Shown here in pieces: positions 28,834 to 37,404 of a stretch of 49,356 bases of DNA. The first letter of the stretch is position 1; each line of letters opens with the position of its first letter. The stretch lies in IMG/VR virus record IMGVR_UViG_3300033153_005402, positions 1 through 49,356 of that record; one strand, 5' to 3'. The notes under the pieces are model-generated. The model did no database searches, was not told the origin of the DNA, and was given only the letters and a program-made list of their open reading frames with translations. The DNA comes from a virus. Taxonomy: Duplodnaviria > Caudoviricetes. Position numbers and translations under genes: made by a program.

Positions 28834-29064
28834 ATGAACCTTAAATGTTTCTTAGGTTTCCACGATTGGGAATATTCTAAGGGAATGGGGGAAGTACATT
28901 TGTTTTCATCAATACATTTTAGAGACTGTGCCAGATGTGGAAAACGACAATCATGGGGTTTTATTGAGCGCCTTGATGGCATTCCATGGATTACTGAGGA
29001 TAAAAGAGAAGAGGAAAGAACGCCGCCGGAAGTTAGACGTAAAAATGTTAAATGGAAGAGTTGA
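28834..29064 (+). CDS. Small phage protein (DUF1660-like)
   Basis: CFLGFHDW...CARCGK motif. Confidence 0.65.
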   Translation: MNLKCFLGFHDWEYSKGMGEVHLFSSIHFRDCARCGKRQSWGFIERLDGIPWITEDKREEERTPPEVRRKNVKWKS

Positions 29065-29300
29065 CCATGGAGTCATTCAGAGAAACCCTGTTGGATTTTT
29101 TGGAAAAAGAAAAGGATATAAAACGCCAGTTAAAAAAGGGCGGTCCCATGCTGATTAAGGCACTAGTGAAAAGATATGGTAGCTATCGCCGGGTTGGAAA
29201 AATCACGGGCCATTCATTCGGCCACTTATCCAAAGTGGTTAAGGGAAAAGAGAATATAAGTCCGGTATCATTTTTAAAACTGAGAAGGTATCTGGATTAG
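29052..29300 (+). CDS. HTH (Cro/XRE-like) DNA-binding protein
   Basis: SYRRVGKITGHSFGHLSKVVKGKENIS segment. Confidence 0.7.
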   Translation: MEELTMESFRETLLDFLEKEKDIKRQLKKGGPMLIKALVKRYGSYRRVGKITGHSFGHLSKVVKGKENISPVSFLKLRRYLD

Positions 29301-29303
29301 ATC

Positions 29304-29540
29304 ATGAACATATACGGCCTATTAACATTGATTGTTGGGACCTATCCGGGCATGTCATGGAGGGAAACTAGGATTGGGAGTCAAGATAACCCGACAGAAT
29401 GCATTGAAATATACAACAAAAATAGACCGGGGAGGCAACTTATTACAATGACATATCTTGAAAACTCTTTAAGTCAAAAAGAATTGATAGATTTATATTG
29501 CAGAAAGGTTTGGAAAACAAACATGAAAGAAAGGGATTAA
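29304..29540 (+). CDS. Hypothetical protein
   Basis: Operon packing. Confidence 0.6.
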   Translation: MNIYGLLTLIVGTYPGMSWRETRIGSQDNPTECIEIYNKNRPGRQLITMTYLENSLSQKELIDLYCRKVWKTNMKERD

Positions 29541-29542
29541 CT

Positions 29543-29887
29543 ATGGCTAACACTAAACACGAATGGGAAGAAATGTGGTTGGGGGTTAATGGCGAAAAGA
29601 CAATGGTTAATCAAGGGGCCATTGTAAACAACGTTGATAAAATTATTATTCTCCTGGATAAGATTACCACCGTCTTAGAAAATCATAACACTATAGGGGA
29701 ACAGTACCGCGATCTCCAGGATGCCTTTTTGAAGGTTGGTCGGAGGTCTGATAAATACAGGTTATTGTTATTGGAGATTAAAAAATATTACATCGATCAA
29801 ACGGTCTGTTATTGCAATGAAGATCCATCATTGCCCCCCTGTTACCCATGCAAATTTTTAAAAAAGATAGAAGAGGTTTTATCATGA
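29543..29887 (+). CDS. Hypothetical protein
   Basis: Start follows GAAAGGGATTAA, with a C-terminal Cys cluster. Confidence 0.65.
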   Translation: MANTKHEWEEMWLGVNGEKTMVNQGAIVNNVDKIIILLDKITTVLENHNTIGEQYRDLQDAFLKVGRRSDKYRLLLLEIKKYYIDQTVCYCNEDPSLPPCYPCKFLKKIEEVLS

Positions 29888-30090
29888 CCGACCAAGAACC
29901 CGCAACCGAAAAACAAATGGAATTGATTGATAAGTTCTGGGATAAACTCCCGGATCATCTGACCAATGAGGAATACGAGAAACATAAGATGGGCCGCCCT
30001 GTCAAATTCACAAAGGCTAGGGCCTGTAAACTGATTGGCGATCTCCTGGGAAAGAATGAAAAATATAGCAGGCCGGTGATGTCATGGTAA
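29884..30090 (+). CDS. Hypothetical protein
   Basis: PATEKQ...TKARACKLI motif. Confidence 0.62.
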   Translation: MTDQEPATEKQMELIDKFWDKLPDHLTNEEYEKHKMGRPVKFTKARACKLIGDLLGKNEKYSRPVMSW

Positions 30091-30542
30091 ATGAAAAAAA
30101 AGAAATAGATTATGAATATACCCATTTCCCCACCTGTCCCTTTTGCGGCTATGAAGATATAGATTGGTGGGACGGCACCACCTTGAATTCCGATGGCGAT
30201 CATGAAGTCTATGAATGCGGAAACTGTTGTGAGAAATTTACGGTCCGGATTTCGATATCAACTGATTTTACTTCTGAGTTTATTAAATATCATGAGTCCA
30301 AAGAAAAATGCTGTTCCAGATGTGAAGAGTATGTGGCTAAACATGATATGTGTCAGAATAGATTGTTTACCAGGGATGAGGAAACGGATGCTGGCGGAAG
30401 GCCTGAACCCGGTTGGGATTGGCCCAAAGACAAGGATAGTCAGGGTTGTTCTGAATGGTCGCTATCGCATGTTATTAGATTTAAACAACAGATAGAAAGA
30501 ATGGAGAAAATGGAAAAAGAAGAGGGGGTTAAAAATGTCTAG
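30084..30542 (+). CDS. Zn-finger protein
   Basis: CPFCG, CGNC and CSRC motifs. Confidence 0.7.
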   Translation: MVNEKKEIDYEYTHFPTCPFCGYEDIDWWDGTTLNSDGDHEVYECGNCCEKFTVRISISTDFTSEFIKYHESKEKCCSRCEEYVAKHDMCQNRLFTRDEETDAGGRPEPGWDWPKDKDSQGCSEWSLSHVIRFKQQIERMEKMEKEEGVKNV

Positions 30543-30927
30543 TTGTAGCTGTCTAGTTTCTGGCGGGGTTGATGAATGCGTAACACTGTTACGGGTTACA
30601 AATCCGATTGCCAGGAAATCCCATACTTGTATGGAATGTAACCGGGATATTCCAAAAGGTGAAAAATACTATTCGGAAAACTTTGTTTATGAAGGCGATT
30701 TCTCCTGGCATAAAACCTGTGATGATTGCATGAGCATACGGGAATTGTTCGGCGGTTGTGGTTTCATGTATACAAGAGTAATAAGAGATTTAGAGGATAT
30801 GATTGATAATTGCGGCGGTCAAATATTCTGTAATGATTTCCGGGAGTTAACACCGGCCGCCCGGGAGAAGGTTATAAACATGGTTGAGGCCCAATGGGTA
30901 AGAGAAGAGGAAAGGGAGATAGCGTGA
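30535..30927 (+). CDS. Phage Zn-binding protein
   Basis: ARKSHTCMEC..I.KGEKY...KTCDDC motif. Confidence 0.75.
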   Translation: MSSCSCLVSGGVDECVTLLRVTNPIARKSHTCMECNRDIPKGEKYYSENFVYEGDFSWHKTCDDCMSIRELFGGCGFMYTRVIRDLEDMIDNCGGQIFCNDFRELTPAAREKVINMVEAQWVREEEREIA

Positions 30928-31286
30928 TGCCTAGATGGAAAATCAAATTTAAAGATGGTATGGAAACAACTCTTGTTCTGGAGAAAGGGAAGGGGTTTTC
31001 CTTTGTGAATTCTGAGGTAAAAGGAATAGAGTCTGTAACGGTTGTTGAAGATCCCCCCGGCCCTGGGCTGGTTGAAATAATAATAAATAAACGTTATTTT
31101 TTAGAATTACATAAATGCCCAAAAGATCAGCTATCCCCAGATAGTTGTAAAATATGCCGCGATAACTTTGAAGGTTTCAAACATAAGGGAATGGAATTAC
31201 CCCAATTAACCCCCATTTATCTTTGGACAAAACGGAATTCCAAATCAATCGCCACCCATACTTTCTGCAACGGGGTTAAACCGTGA
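30927..31286 (+). CDS. Accessory protein with a baseplate-J-like segment
   Basis: Operon packing, see findings. Confidence 0.65.
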   Translation: MPRWKIKFKDGMETTLVLEKGKGFSFVNSEVKGIESVTVVEDPPGPGLVEIIINKRYFLELHKCPKDQLSPDSCKICRDNFEGFKHKGMELPQLTPIYLWTKRNSKSIATHTFCNGVKP

Positions 31287-31546
31287 CCAAGAAAGAGGCC
31301 CTGGATATCATATTAAATATTCTGGATAGCCTGGATAAAGACGCATTGAGGGATGGCCAATGGTTTAATGTATCCTTTGCAATGGGGGTTCTGACCGCCC
31401 CGGAACCAATTCACCCGGCGTTAAAAGGTTTGGGATTACTTTATAGGCAATTAATGATTCCTAAAAAAAGAGGGATGATGTTATCTTCTGTATTTTTGGC
31501 AGACCATACAAAATCGGTAATCAAACGGGCAACCGGAAGGGGTTAG
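31283..31546 (+). CDS. Hypothetical protein
   Basis: GTGA overlap with the upstream gene. Confidence 0.6.
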   Translation: MTKKEALDIILNILDSLDKDALRDGQWFNVSFAMGVLTAPEPIHPALKGLGLLYRQLMIPKKRGMMLSSVFLADHTKSVIKRATGRG

Positions 31547-31547
31547 C

Positions 31548-32060
31548 ATGGCAATTACCCATAGGCAATTATTCTTTATTAGCACAAACCAAAAGTTTTA
31601 TATTCAATGTAACCAATGCGATCACATTGAAATTATTCGTTTAAGTAATGAAATGTATAATCCGGATTACCGCAATAGCCATTGTTCCCATTCTTATTGG
31701 GAATGCCCAAGATGCGGGGCCAAATATGCTACCGAATGGGATCCGGAATATAAGAAATCCGCAAGGTTTATAAATAAATTTAAATTAGATTCCGTTGCCC
31801 TGACCAATAATCCGGTCAACCCAAACTGTAAAATAAAGTCTGTTGATGGTGTCCCCGTTCCGGATACCCCGGAGATCCTAACCGATCTCTGGAATTTCAA
31901 GGGGGATGTTGTGGCAACAGAGGCAACCTGTCCCTGTGAATGTCATCCGGAAATTGCGAATCACAAAATGGGAAGATGTCCAATAGAAGTATTAGAGGAT
32001 AAACTAGGGGAATTCCTGACCAAGTGGGAAGAGGCGATTAAAGAAAAGTTTGGGGGTTAA
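31548..32060 (+). CDS. Zn-ribbon protein with a prohead-protease-like segment
   Basis: CNQC and CPRC motifs, then KLDSVALTNNPVNPNCKI. Confidence 0.7.
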   Translation: MAITHRQLFFISTNQKFYIQCNQCDHIEIIRLSNEMYNPDYRNSHCSHSYWECPRCGAKYATEWDPEYKKSARFINKFKLDSVALTNNPVNPNCKIKSVDGVPVPDTPEILTDLWNFKGDVVATEATCPCECHPEIANHKMGRCPIEVLEDKLGEFLTKWEEAIKEKFGG

Positions 32061-32061
32061 C

Positions 32062-32361
32062 ATGATAATAGCAAAGAAGGTTGAGAATACAGACCTAGAG
32101 GTCGTCTGCCCCAAATGCAACAGTGAACAATTAGTTATTGCTGGCCAAGACAAAGAGGCTGATAAAACTTTGGATTATTATGGGGGGGAGTTCTATTGCC
32201 GCAAATGCAAAGACCTTTATGACTACATATATTTCCCCAATCCTACCTTGTTTAAATTAATGAGATTGGTAATGGCTAGGGATGAAAAGATAAATCAAAT
32301 GGAGGATGCGTTTTCAGAAATTAGCTACATAGCAGACAATAAGATGCTACATGACAATTAA
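32062..32361 (+). CDS. Zn-ribbon protein
   Basis: CPKC...CRKC motif. Confidence 0.65.
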   Translation: MIIAKKVENTDLEVVCPKCNSEQLVIAGQDKEADKTLDYYGGEFYCRKCKDLYDYIYFPNPTLFKLMRLVMARDEKINQMEDAFSEISYIADNKMLHDN

Positions 32362-32572
32362 ACAAGATGAATTAAATTTCGGGGATTTCCTTTTAACCAA
32401 CAATAGTTTATTAGATCGGACAAAGGAAATGGACCAGAACCCCCGCCTCTATTATGTCCTAGATAAATGGTCCGATAAGGGCTATTGGGAATACGGCGTT
32501 TCTCTCCGGTCCGGTTGGTTAACAGAAGATGGTAGGAAAGAAATGGAAAGGCGGCGTGATGGCGGAAATTAA
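32351..32572 (+). CDS. Phage hypothetical protein
   Basis: GYWEYGVSLRSGWLTEDG motif. Confidence 0.65.
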   Translation: MTIKQDELNFGDFLLTNNSLLDRTKEMDQNPRLYYVLDKWSDKGYWEYGVSLRSGWLTEDGRKEMERRRDGGN

Positions 32573-32861
32573 ATGTCTTAATTGTGGAATAATTGATCCC
32601 GTTGGGGCTATCTCCAAGAAAATAGAAACATGGGGTGGGGAGGGAGGCAGAGAGGTTTATTTTTGTGATATTTGCGAGAATACCCATTTGGGGTATGCGA
32701 CCAAAAATGATATCACGGGAAGAGGGATAGAGGGAGGGGAAGAAAAAAAGGCTCAGGCATACATTGCCAACACTATAAGAAAAGATATTAATTCCGCCCT
32801 CAATGAAATATTAATGGCCGTTAGCCATGCCGCATACATGAGGGAAACTAATGCCCATTAA
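32559..32861 (+). CDS. Zn-ribbon protein with a helical C-terminus
   Basis: CLNC...CDIC motif. Confidence 0.62.
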   Translation: MAEIKCLNCGIIDPVGAISKKIETWGGEGGREVYFCDICENTHLGYATKNDITGRGIEGGEEKKAQAYIANTIRKDINSALNEILMAVSHAAYMRETNAH

Positions 32862-33243
32862 ACCGGAGAATAGAAAACTCTATCCTCCCAACTGGAAGGC
32901 CCTTTCCCTGGAGGTCCGGGAAGAGGCGGGAAATAAATGTGAATGGTGTAAAATTCCCAATCATAGATGGGGTTGGAGAGATCCCAAAACAAAGGAATTT
33001 TATATGGGAGTACCGCCAAAGGGGGTTAAGGGTTTTATGGTTGTCTTAACGGTCGCCCACCTGGATCAGAATCCCAGGAACAATAAACGTTCTAATCTCC
33101 GGGCCCTCTGTCAAAAACACCACTTGGCCCACGATGCCAAATACAGGAAAGAGGCCAGAGAAAAGAAGATAAGGGGTAGCGGTATTCATGAATTGTGGGT
33201 TGACAAAAGGGGCCACCGGGTTGATCCCGGTTCGATAGTTTAG
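32851..33243 (+). CDS. HNH-family nuclease-like protein
   Basis: YPPNW...CEWC...VLTVAHLD..P.NN...NLRALCQKHHL.HD motif. Confidence 0.82.
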   Translation: MPIKPENRKLYPPNWKALSLEVREEAGNKCEWCKIPNHRWGWRDPKTKEFYMGVPPKGVKGFMVVLTVAHLDQNPRNNKRSNLRALCQKHHLAHDAKYRKEAREKKIRGSGIHELWVDKRGHRVDPGSIV

Positions 33244-33249
33244 TAGAAT
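33221..33249 (+). promoter_or_regulatory. Promoter upstream of the recombination genes, with an overlapping inverted repeat
   Basis: TTGATC-N17-TAGAAT, with ACCGGG-TTGAT-CCCGGT (33215-33231) overlapping the -35. Confidence 0.5.
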
Positions 33250-33282
33250 AGATTCTTTAACACTTTGGAAAGGGATTTAAAC

Positions 33283-33555
33283 ATGGGATCAGAAGGGATA
33301 TTAAATAGCAACGAAACAATATCAGCATTTGATTTTATTAAAGGCATTTCCGTTAAACCCTGTTGCGGTTGCGAATCGGTTAATTACATTTGGTTTGACG
33401 ACAAACATTCCACACTAGGAAAATCTTTTTATATTCGCACTTGCCGGGATTGTGGGCATTCAGTTTTATTTGACAGGCATTTTTTAGACTTGGCCGCCAG
33501 AAAACAAGAGAAAGAGAAAGGGATCAAACATGACGACAAACCTAGTAAAGATTAA
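33283..33555 (+). CDS. Zn-ribbon protein
   Basis: CCGC...CRDC motif, AAAGGGA RBS. Confidence 0.65.
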   Translation: MGSEGILNSNETISAFDFIKGISVKPCCGCESVNYIWFDDKHSTLGKSFYIRTCRDCGHSVLFDRHFLDLAARKQEKEKGIKHDDKPSKD

Positions 33556-34726
33556 ATTAAGATCTTCCGCCCTCCCCAGGATCGGGGTTTGTGGGGGCTC
33601 TGCTGTTGTTCCGGGTATCGTTTTAGATATATCCGACATCCCGGCGGAATTGGGTTCCGCTGTTCATGACGTTTGCATGGTCATGGCCCGGGAGGGATTA
33701 ACTACCATACCGGAGCTATCGCCTTTCCTGGAGAAATACCCGGGGATTATGAAAGAAGGTCTTTTTGAAGATTTTAAAATCCTCTGTTATTGTGCGGCTA
33801 AACTCCTGAATAAGATCCGGGAGAGAGTCAATATTACTTTTATCGAGATGAAAGTAAAGGCCACCCTGGGCCCCTGGTCGTTGACGGGAACCCCAGACAT
33901 TGGCGGGGAGACTATGAATAAAGAGGGGGAGGTAGAGGGTCTTGACGTACTAGATTATAAGTCCGGAAGAAACCAGCACTGTTACAGGGATCAGTTAATG
34001 GGTTATCTTTACTCTCTCATGGTCTTGAGGCCCACCGCTAAATGGGGCCGGGCCGCTGTCGCATGGATAAGAGATCAAGTTATTGTCCCCATTCGCTCAA
34101 CCGTTACGGGTAAAACAAAGATCTCCCGTGAAGAGATTATGGCCTGGGCGGAAGATATGATCGAACATGTCAAGAGGGGAGCCTATACCCCCGGGGAGGC
34201 CTGCTATTTCTGCCCATCTGCCCCTGACTGTAAGGCCCGGGAAACCTTTTTGGTCGGCATTAAACGGGATTTAATGAGTAAAGATATGCAAGATTTCACC
34301 CCTGAGAAGTTGGGATCAATGTGGGAGGGAGTTTCCCTGTTAAAGAAATCCTGGGGGGCCTATGACAAACTGATTAAAAAGACTGTCGATGATAAGGGCT
34401 CAATAGTTATTAATAAAAACTATTGCCTCCAATATAGAATTGAACCCCAGAAAGAAATCCTGCCCACCGAAAAGGGCATTTCTGTTATAATGGAATACTT
34501 CGATATCAAGGAATTACAAGGAATACTGGATTTTCTAAATGGCTGGAAGGCCGTCAAGATCGGCAAGGGCAAACTCGAAGATGCCATCGGTGACTATGCC
34601 CCCAAGGGAAAGAAGGGAAAAGACATTACCGCAATGATAGAAAACCTGGATGCCGCCGGGGCAATCCGGATTAAAGAAATTAAAAAGTTATCGAAAAAAA
34701 TCATTCAGAAGGGAATTAAAACATGA
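33530..34726 (+). CDS. PD-(D/E)XK exonuclease, Cas4/DUF2800-like
   Basis: CGGS, GSAVH, GTPD, DYKSG, QLMGY and CYFCPSAPDC motifs (Fe-S staple pattern). Confidence 0.85.
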   Translation: MTTNLVKIKLRSSALPRIGVCGGSAVVPGIVLDISDIPAELGSAVHDVCMVMAREGLTTIPELSPFLEKYPGIMKEGLFEDFKILCYCAAKLLNKIRERVNITFIEMKVKATLGPWSLTGTPDIGGETMNKEGEVEGLDVLDYKSGRNQHCYRDQLMGYLYSLMVLRPTAKWGRAAVAWIRDQVIVPIRSTVTGKTKISREEIMAWAEDMIEHVKRGAYTPGEACYFCPSAPDCKARETFLVGIKRDLMSKDMQDFTPEKLGSMWEGVSLLKKSWGAYDKLIKKTVDDKGSIVINKNYCLQYRIEPQKEILPTEKGISVIMEYFDIKELQGILDFLNGWKAVKIGKGKLEDAIGDYAPKGKKGKDITAMIENLDAAGAIRIKEIKKLSKKIIQKGIKT

Positions 34727-35907
34727 CCAAAACAGAATCAATCAAGAATGAAATCGCAATGTTTGACGAATCCACAAAGGATCTAGAGTTGGTAAAGATT
34801 GCGGCCGCCCATAAGGGCCTTCAAAGATCAATGGCCATAGCAACGGCGGTCAAACAGATCCGGAATTTCTTTCTGAAACCAGAAATTAACGCCATGCTGA
34901 AATCATTACAGAATAACCGCCTGGGTTTTCTGACTGATAAAGAGAACGGATATGATGGCAACGTTCTGGCAACGGTCGCAACTGAGGCCCGGTTACAGGG
35001 GCTCTCCCTGACCGGCAACGAATTAAATATTATCTCCGGTAACTGCTATGTTACTAAAGAAGGGTTTAAACGGAAGGTCCGGGATTACCCGGGTTTAACC
35101 AAACTAAAGAAAACCATTGCTATCAAATCATTTTCTAAAACCGTTTCGGTTATTTCTTTTAAATTTGAATATGAGTTGAACGGTAAACCTCAACCCGTTT
35201 ACGTTGGTGAAATAGAAATGGATTGCAATAACTATACCTCCAGGGATGCGGTTTATGGCAAGGGGGAAAGAAAGGCACTGGCCCGGTTATATGAATTGAT
35301 TGATGATAGCGGGATCACCCTGACAGACGGGGAAGTTAAAGACGTTCAGGCAACGGTAAGAGATACCAAACCTGATCCGGTCGATAACAAAGGTTTTGAA
35401 GAAAGAACATCTGTTAAAACTCCTGCCCCTGAAAAAGAATTAAACCCGGAACCGGAGGGAGAGGCCATTGATGCTAGTTTTGAGGTTGTCCCAGATCCGG
35501 AACCAGAACCCATGCCGGAGGGGGAGGCCGCCCCACCCCAGGATCAGGGGGAAATGATTGAAGAGGAAATGATTGATACCCCCCCGGAGGTTGTCGGGCC
35601 AACAACAGAACCACCCCCGGAACCGGCAAAGGAAAAAGTACCACCCGGGGGATTACCGGAAGATCCCCAGGCCCGGGAGGATGCCATAAAAAAGATAATG
35701 AAAGAAACTGGTTTGCCCAAATCCGTATTTTTACCAAGAGGTAAAGGCAAGTTCCCCAAACAATCTCTTTATGAATTAGGTTGGACCGAAACCGGAACAG
35801 AATACCTAGAGATATGTTTGGAAATGCCGGATAAGAACGTTAATAAAACTGAGAAATCAGCAATTAGAATTATCATGAAATATATTGATCATGCCGTCAA
35901 TGGGTAG
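34723..35907 (+). CDS. Putative single-strand annealing protein (RecT/Bet-like) with an acidic Pro-rich linker
   Basis: EARLQGL...NELNIISGNCYVTKEGF motif, directly downstream of the exonuclease. Confidence 0.55.
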   Translation: MTKTESIKNEIAMFDESTKDLELVKIAAAHKGLQRSMAIATAVKQIRNFFLKPEINAMLKSLQNNRLGFLTDKENGYDGNVLATVATEARLQGLSLTGNELNIISGNCYVTKEGFKRKVRDYPGLTKLKKTIAIKSFSKTVSVISFKFEYELNGKPQPVYVGEIEMDCNNYTSRDAVYGKGERKALARLYELIDDSGITLTDGEVKDVQATVRDTKPDPVDNKGFEERTSVKTPAPEKELNPEPEGEAIDASFEVVPDPEPEPMPEGEAAPPQDQGEMIEEEMIDTPPEVVGPTTEPPPEPAKEKVPPGGLPEDPQAREDAIKKIMKETGLPKSVFLPRGKGKFPKQSLYELGWTETGTEYLEICLEMPDKNVNKTEKSAIRIIMKYIDHAVNG

Positions 35908-36046
35908 AGGGGCCGGGATAATATAGTATAATTGGTCGGGCCGGGTTACCCCACGATCTCCTGTTGCTACCGGCCCCCCAATTATATTTTGCCACTAAAA
36001 GGGTTTACTGTAAGATAGGTATTATAAACATAACAAAGGGGTAAAC

Positions 36047-36568
36047 ATGATAGGGGATATTATAGTTTTAAATGTTGCGGAAAGAAAACTATGTGAGTAC
36101 ATAGCAAAGGTACGGGATTTAGAAAACAAACAGGCGGGAGTTGAAAACCAGAAACGATCCTCCCGTTCTGATTTTGAGGTTAACCGCCAGGGCTATGGGG
36201 CGGAATTATCCTTTGCCAGTATGTTTAATGTTTATCCGGATTTCTCAACTACTCTTAAATCAAAACGTTTTAAAACAGATGGCCATGATGCGGTTTTACC
36301 TAATGGAACAAGGATTGATGTTAAGTCCCAGAGATCCGCCTATAAAGGTTTGTTCCTGCATCCCGTTCATGATATGAGGGGCAATGAAATCGTTTACCAT
36401 AATTGTGATCTGTTCTGCTACTTCTCCGGGGATTTTCCCCGTTATACTTTTGCCGGTTTCGTTGCGGTATCAGTAATGATGAGAGAGAAAAACAAGGGTA
36501 GGTATTTCTCAAGGGATCAGTATGGTTTTCCGTCCGGAGATTTGCTAGAATTGGATCAGTTACTTTGA
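36047..36568 (+). CDS. Orphan PD-(D/E)XK restriction-endonuclease-like protein
   Basis: GYGAELSF...DGHD...IDVKS pattern, standalone between a hairpin and a terminator. Confidence 0.6.
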   Translation: MIGDIIVLNVAERKLCEYIAKVRDLENKQAGVENQKRSSRSDFEVNRQGYGAELSFASMFNVYPDFSTTLKSKRFKTDGHDAVLPNGTRIDVKSQRSAYKGLFLHPVHDMRGNEIVYHNCDLFCYFSGDFPRYTFAGFVAVSVMMREKNKGRYFSRDQYGFPSGDLLELDQLL

Positions 36569-36704
36569 TAATAAAAAGGCAATCGCCTATGGAATACCGG
36601 CCCTTGTGGCCGGAGTTAATCCCTTCTATTTTGGCCCCTGGTTTCGGGCAGGCGGCTACATTTTAAAATTCCATTAAATCCTTTTTACATACATGTTTTG
36701 TGCT

Positions 36705-36734
36705 ACCCCCGGATCGTCTGCCGGGGGTTTTTTT
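36705..36734 (+). terminator. Intrinsic terminator
   Basis: ACCCCCGG-ATCGTCTG-CCGGGGGT followed by a T-run. Confidence 0.8.
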
Positions 36735-37346
36735 ATTGGGCTGATTTTGTTATGATCGTTTTGTGGCGGAGTTATAAATGGTACCGTTTCTATCTCCAGT
36801 AGTGGGTCAGGCCGCCCATGCGTTAGGGAATCAACCCTTTGCCACGATTTTTTTATTTCCACAAAACCCTGTTGATAACCTGGGCCGAAACTGTTACCCA
36901 GGGAAACGCCGCCTGTATTGGATTCTAAGGGCCTTTGACTAGCCCGTGAATGTTATCTTGCCTGTTGGCCTGCTACCCCCCCTGTTTTTCCCCGGACATA
37001 AAGGCAGACCATAAGGAATTGGTTTCACCTGGGCGGAAATTTCCGCATTTCTCCGGAGAATTTCGGAAAAACGCCGGGAACCCAGATTGCCCCAACATGA
37101 CCGCCCGGTCATGTTTTTGGCCCCCCAGGTTGGCACCAGAGAAACCCCCGGGGTATCCCATGACTGAAAACCCATTGCCGGTATTGGCGACCGCCAGGGG
37201 CCATTTAAACGATTACATAACCTGTTGGTATTAAAGGAATAGAAAATTATCTCCTAAATACCTGGGAAATATACAGGTTATATGCTGTCAAATAATATCT
37301 TTTTGGAATGATAACCATTTGGTTTATATGGTCTTATAGTTGGTGA

Positions 37347-37379
37347 TATGTATATATATACATAATAATATGGTATACT
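37347..37379 (+). promoter_or_regulatory. Extended -10 promoter with a palindromic operator
   Basis: TGGTATACT at 37371-37379, and the perfect palindrome TATGTATATATATACATA at 37347-37364. Confidence 0.55.
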
Positions 37380-37404
37380 ATTAATAGAAAGAAAGGGGTT
37401 AACT

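Noticed and set aside
29543-29590. WEEMWLG as another terminase-like fragment
   Set aside because: Too short to distinguish from chance
33530-34726. CRISPR-Cas system (Cas4)
   Set aside because: There are no other cas genes or array, and pairing with an annealase-like gene indicates a recombination exonuclease
36674-37234. Short ORFs in the palindromic island
   Set aside because: They have no convincing RBS, overlap on both strands, and have low-information translations
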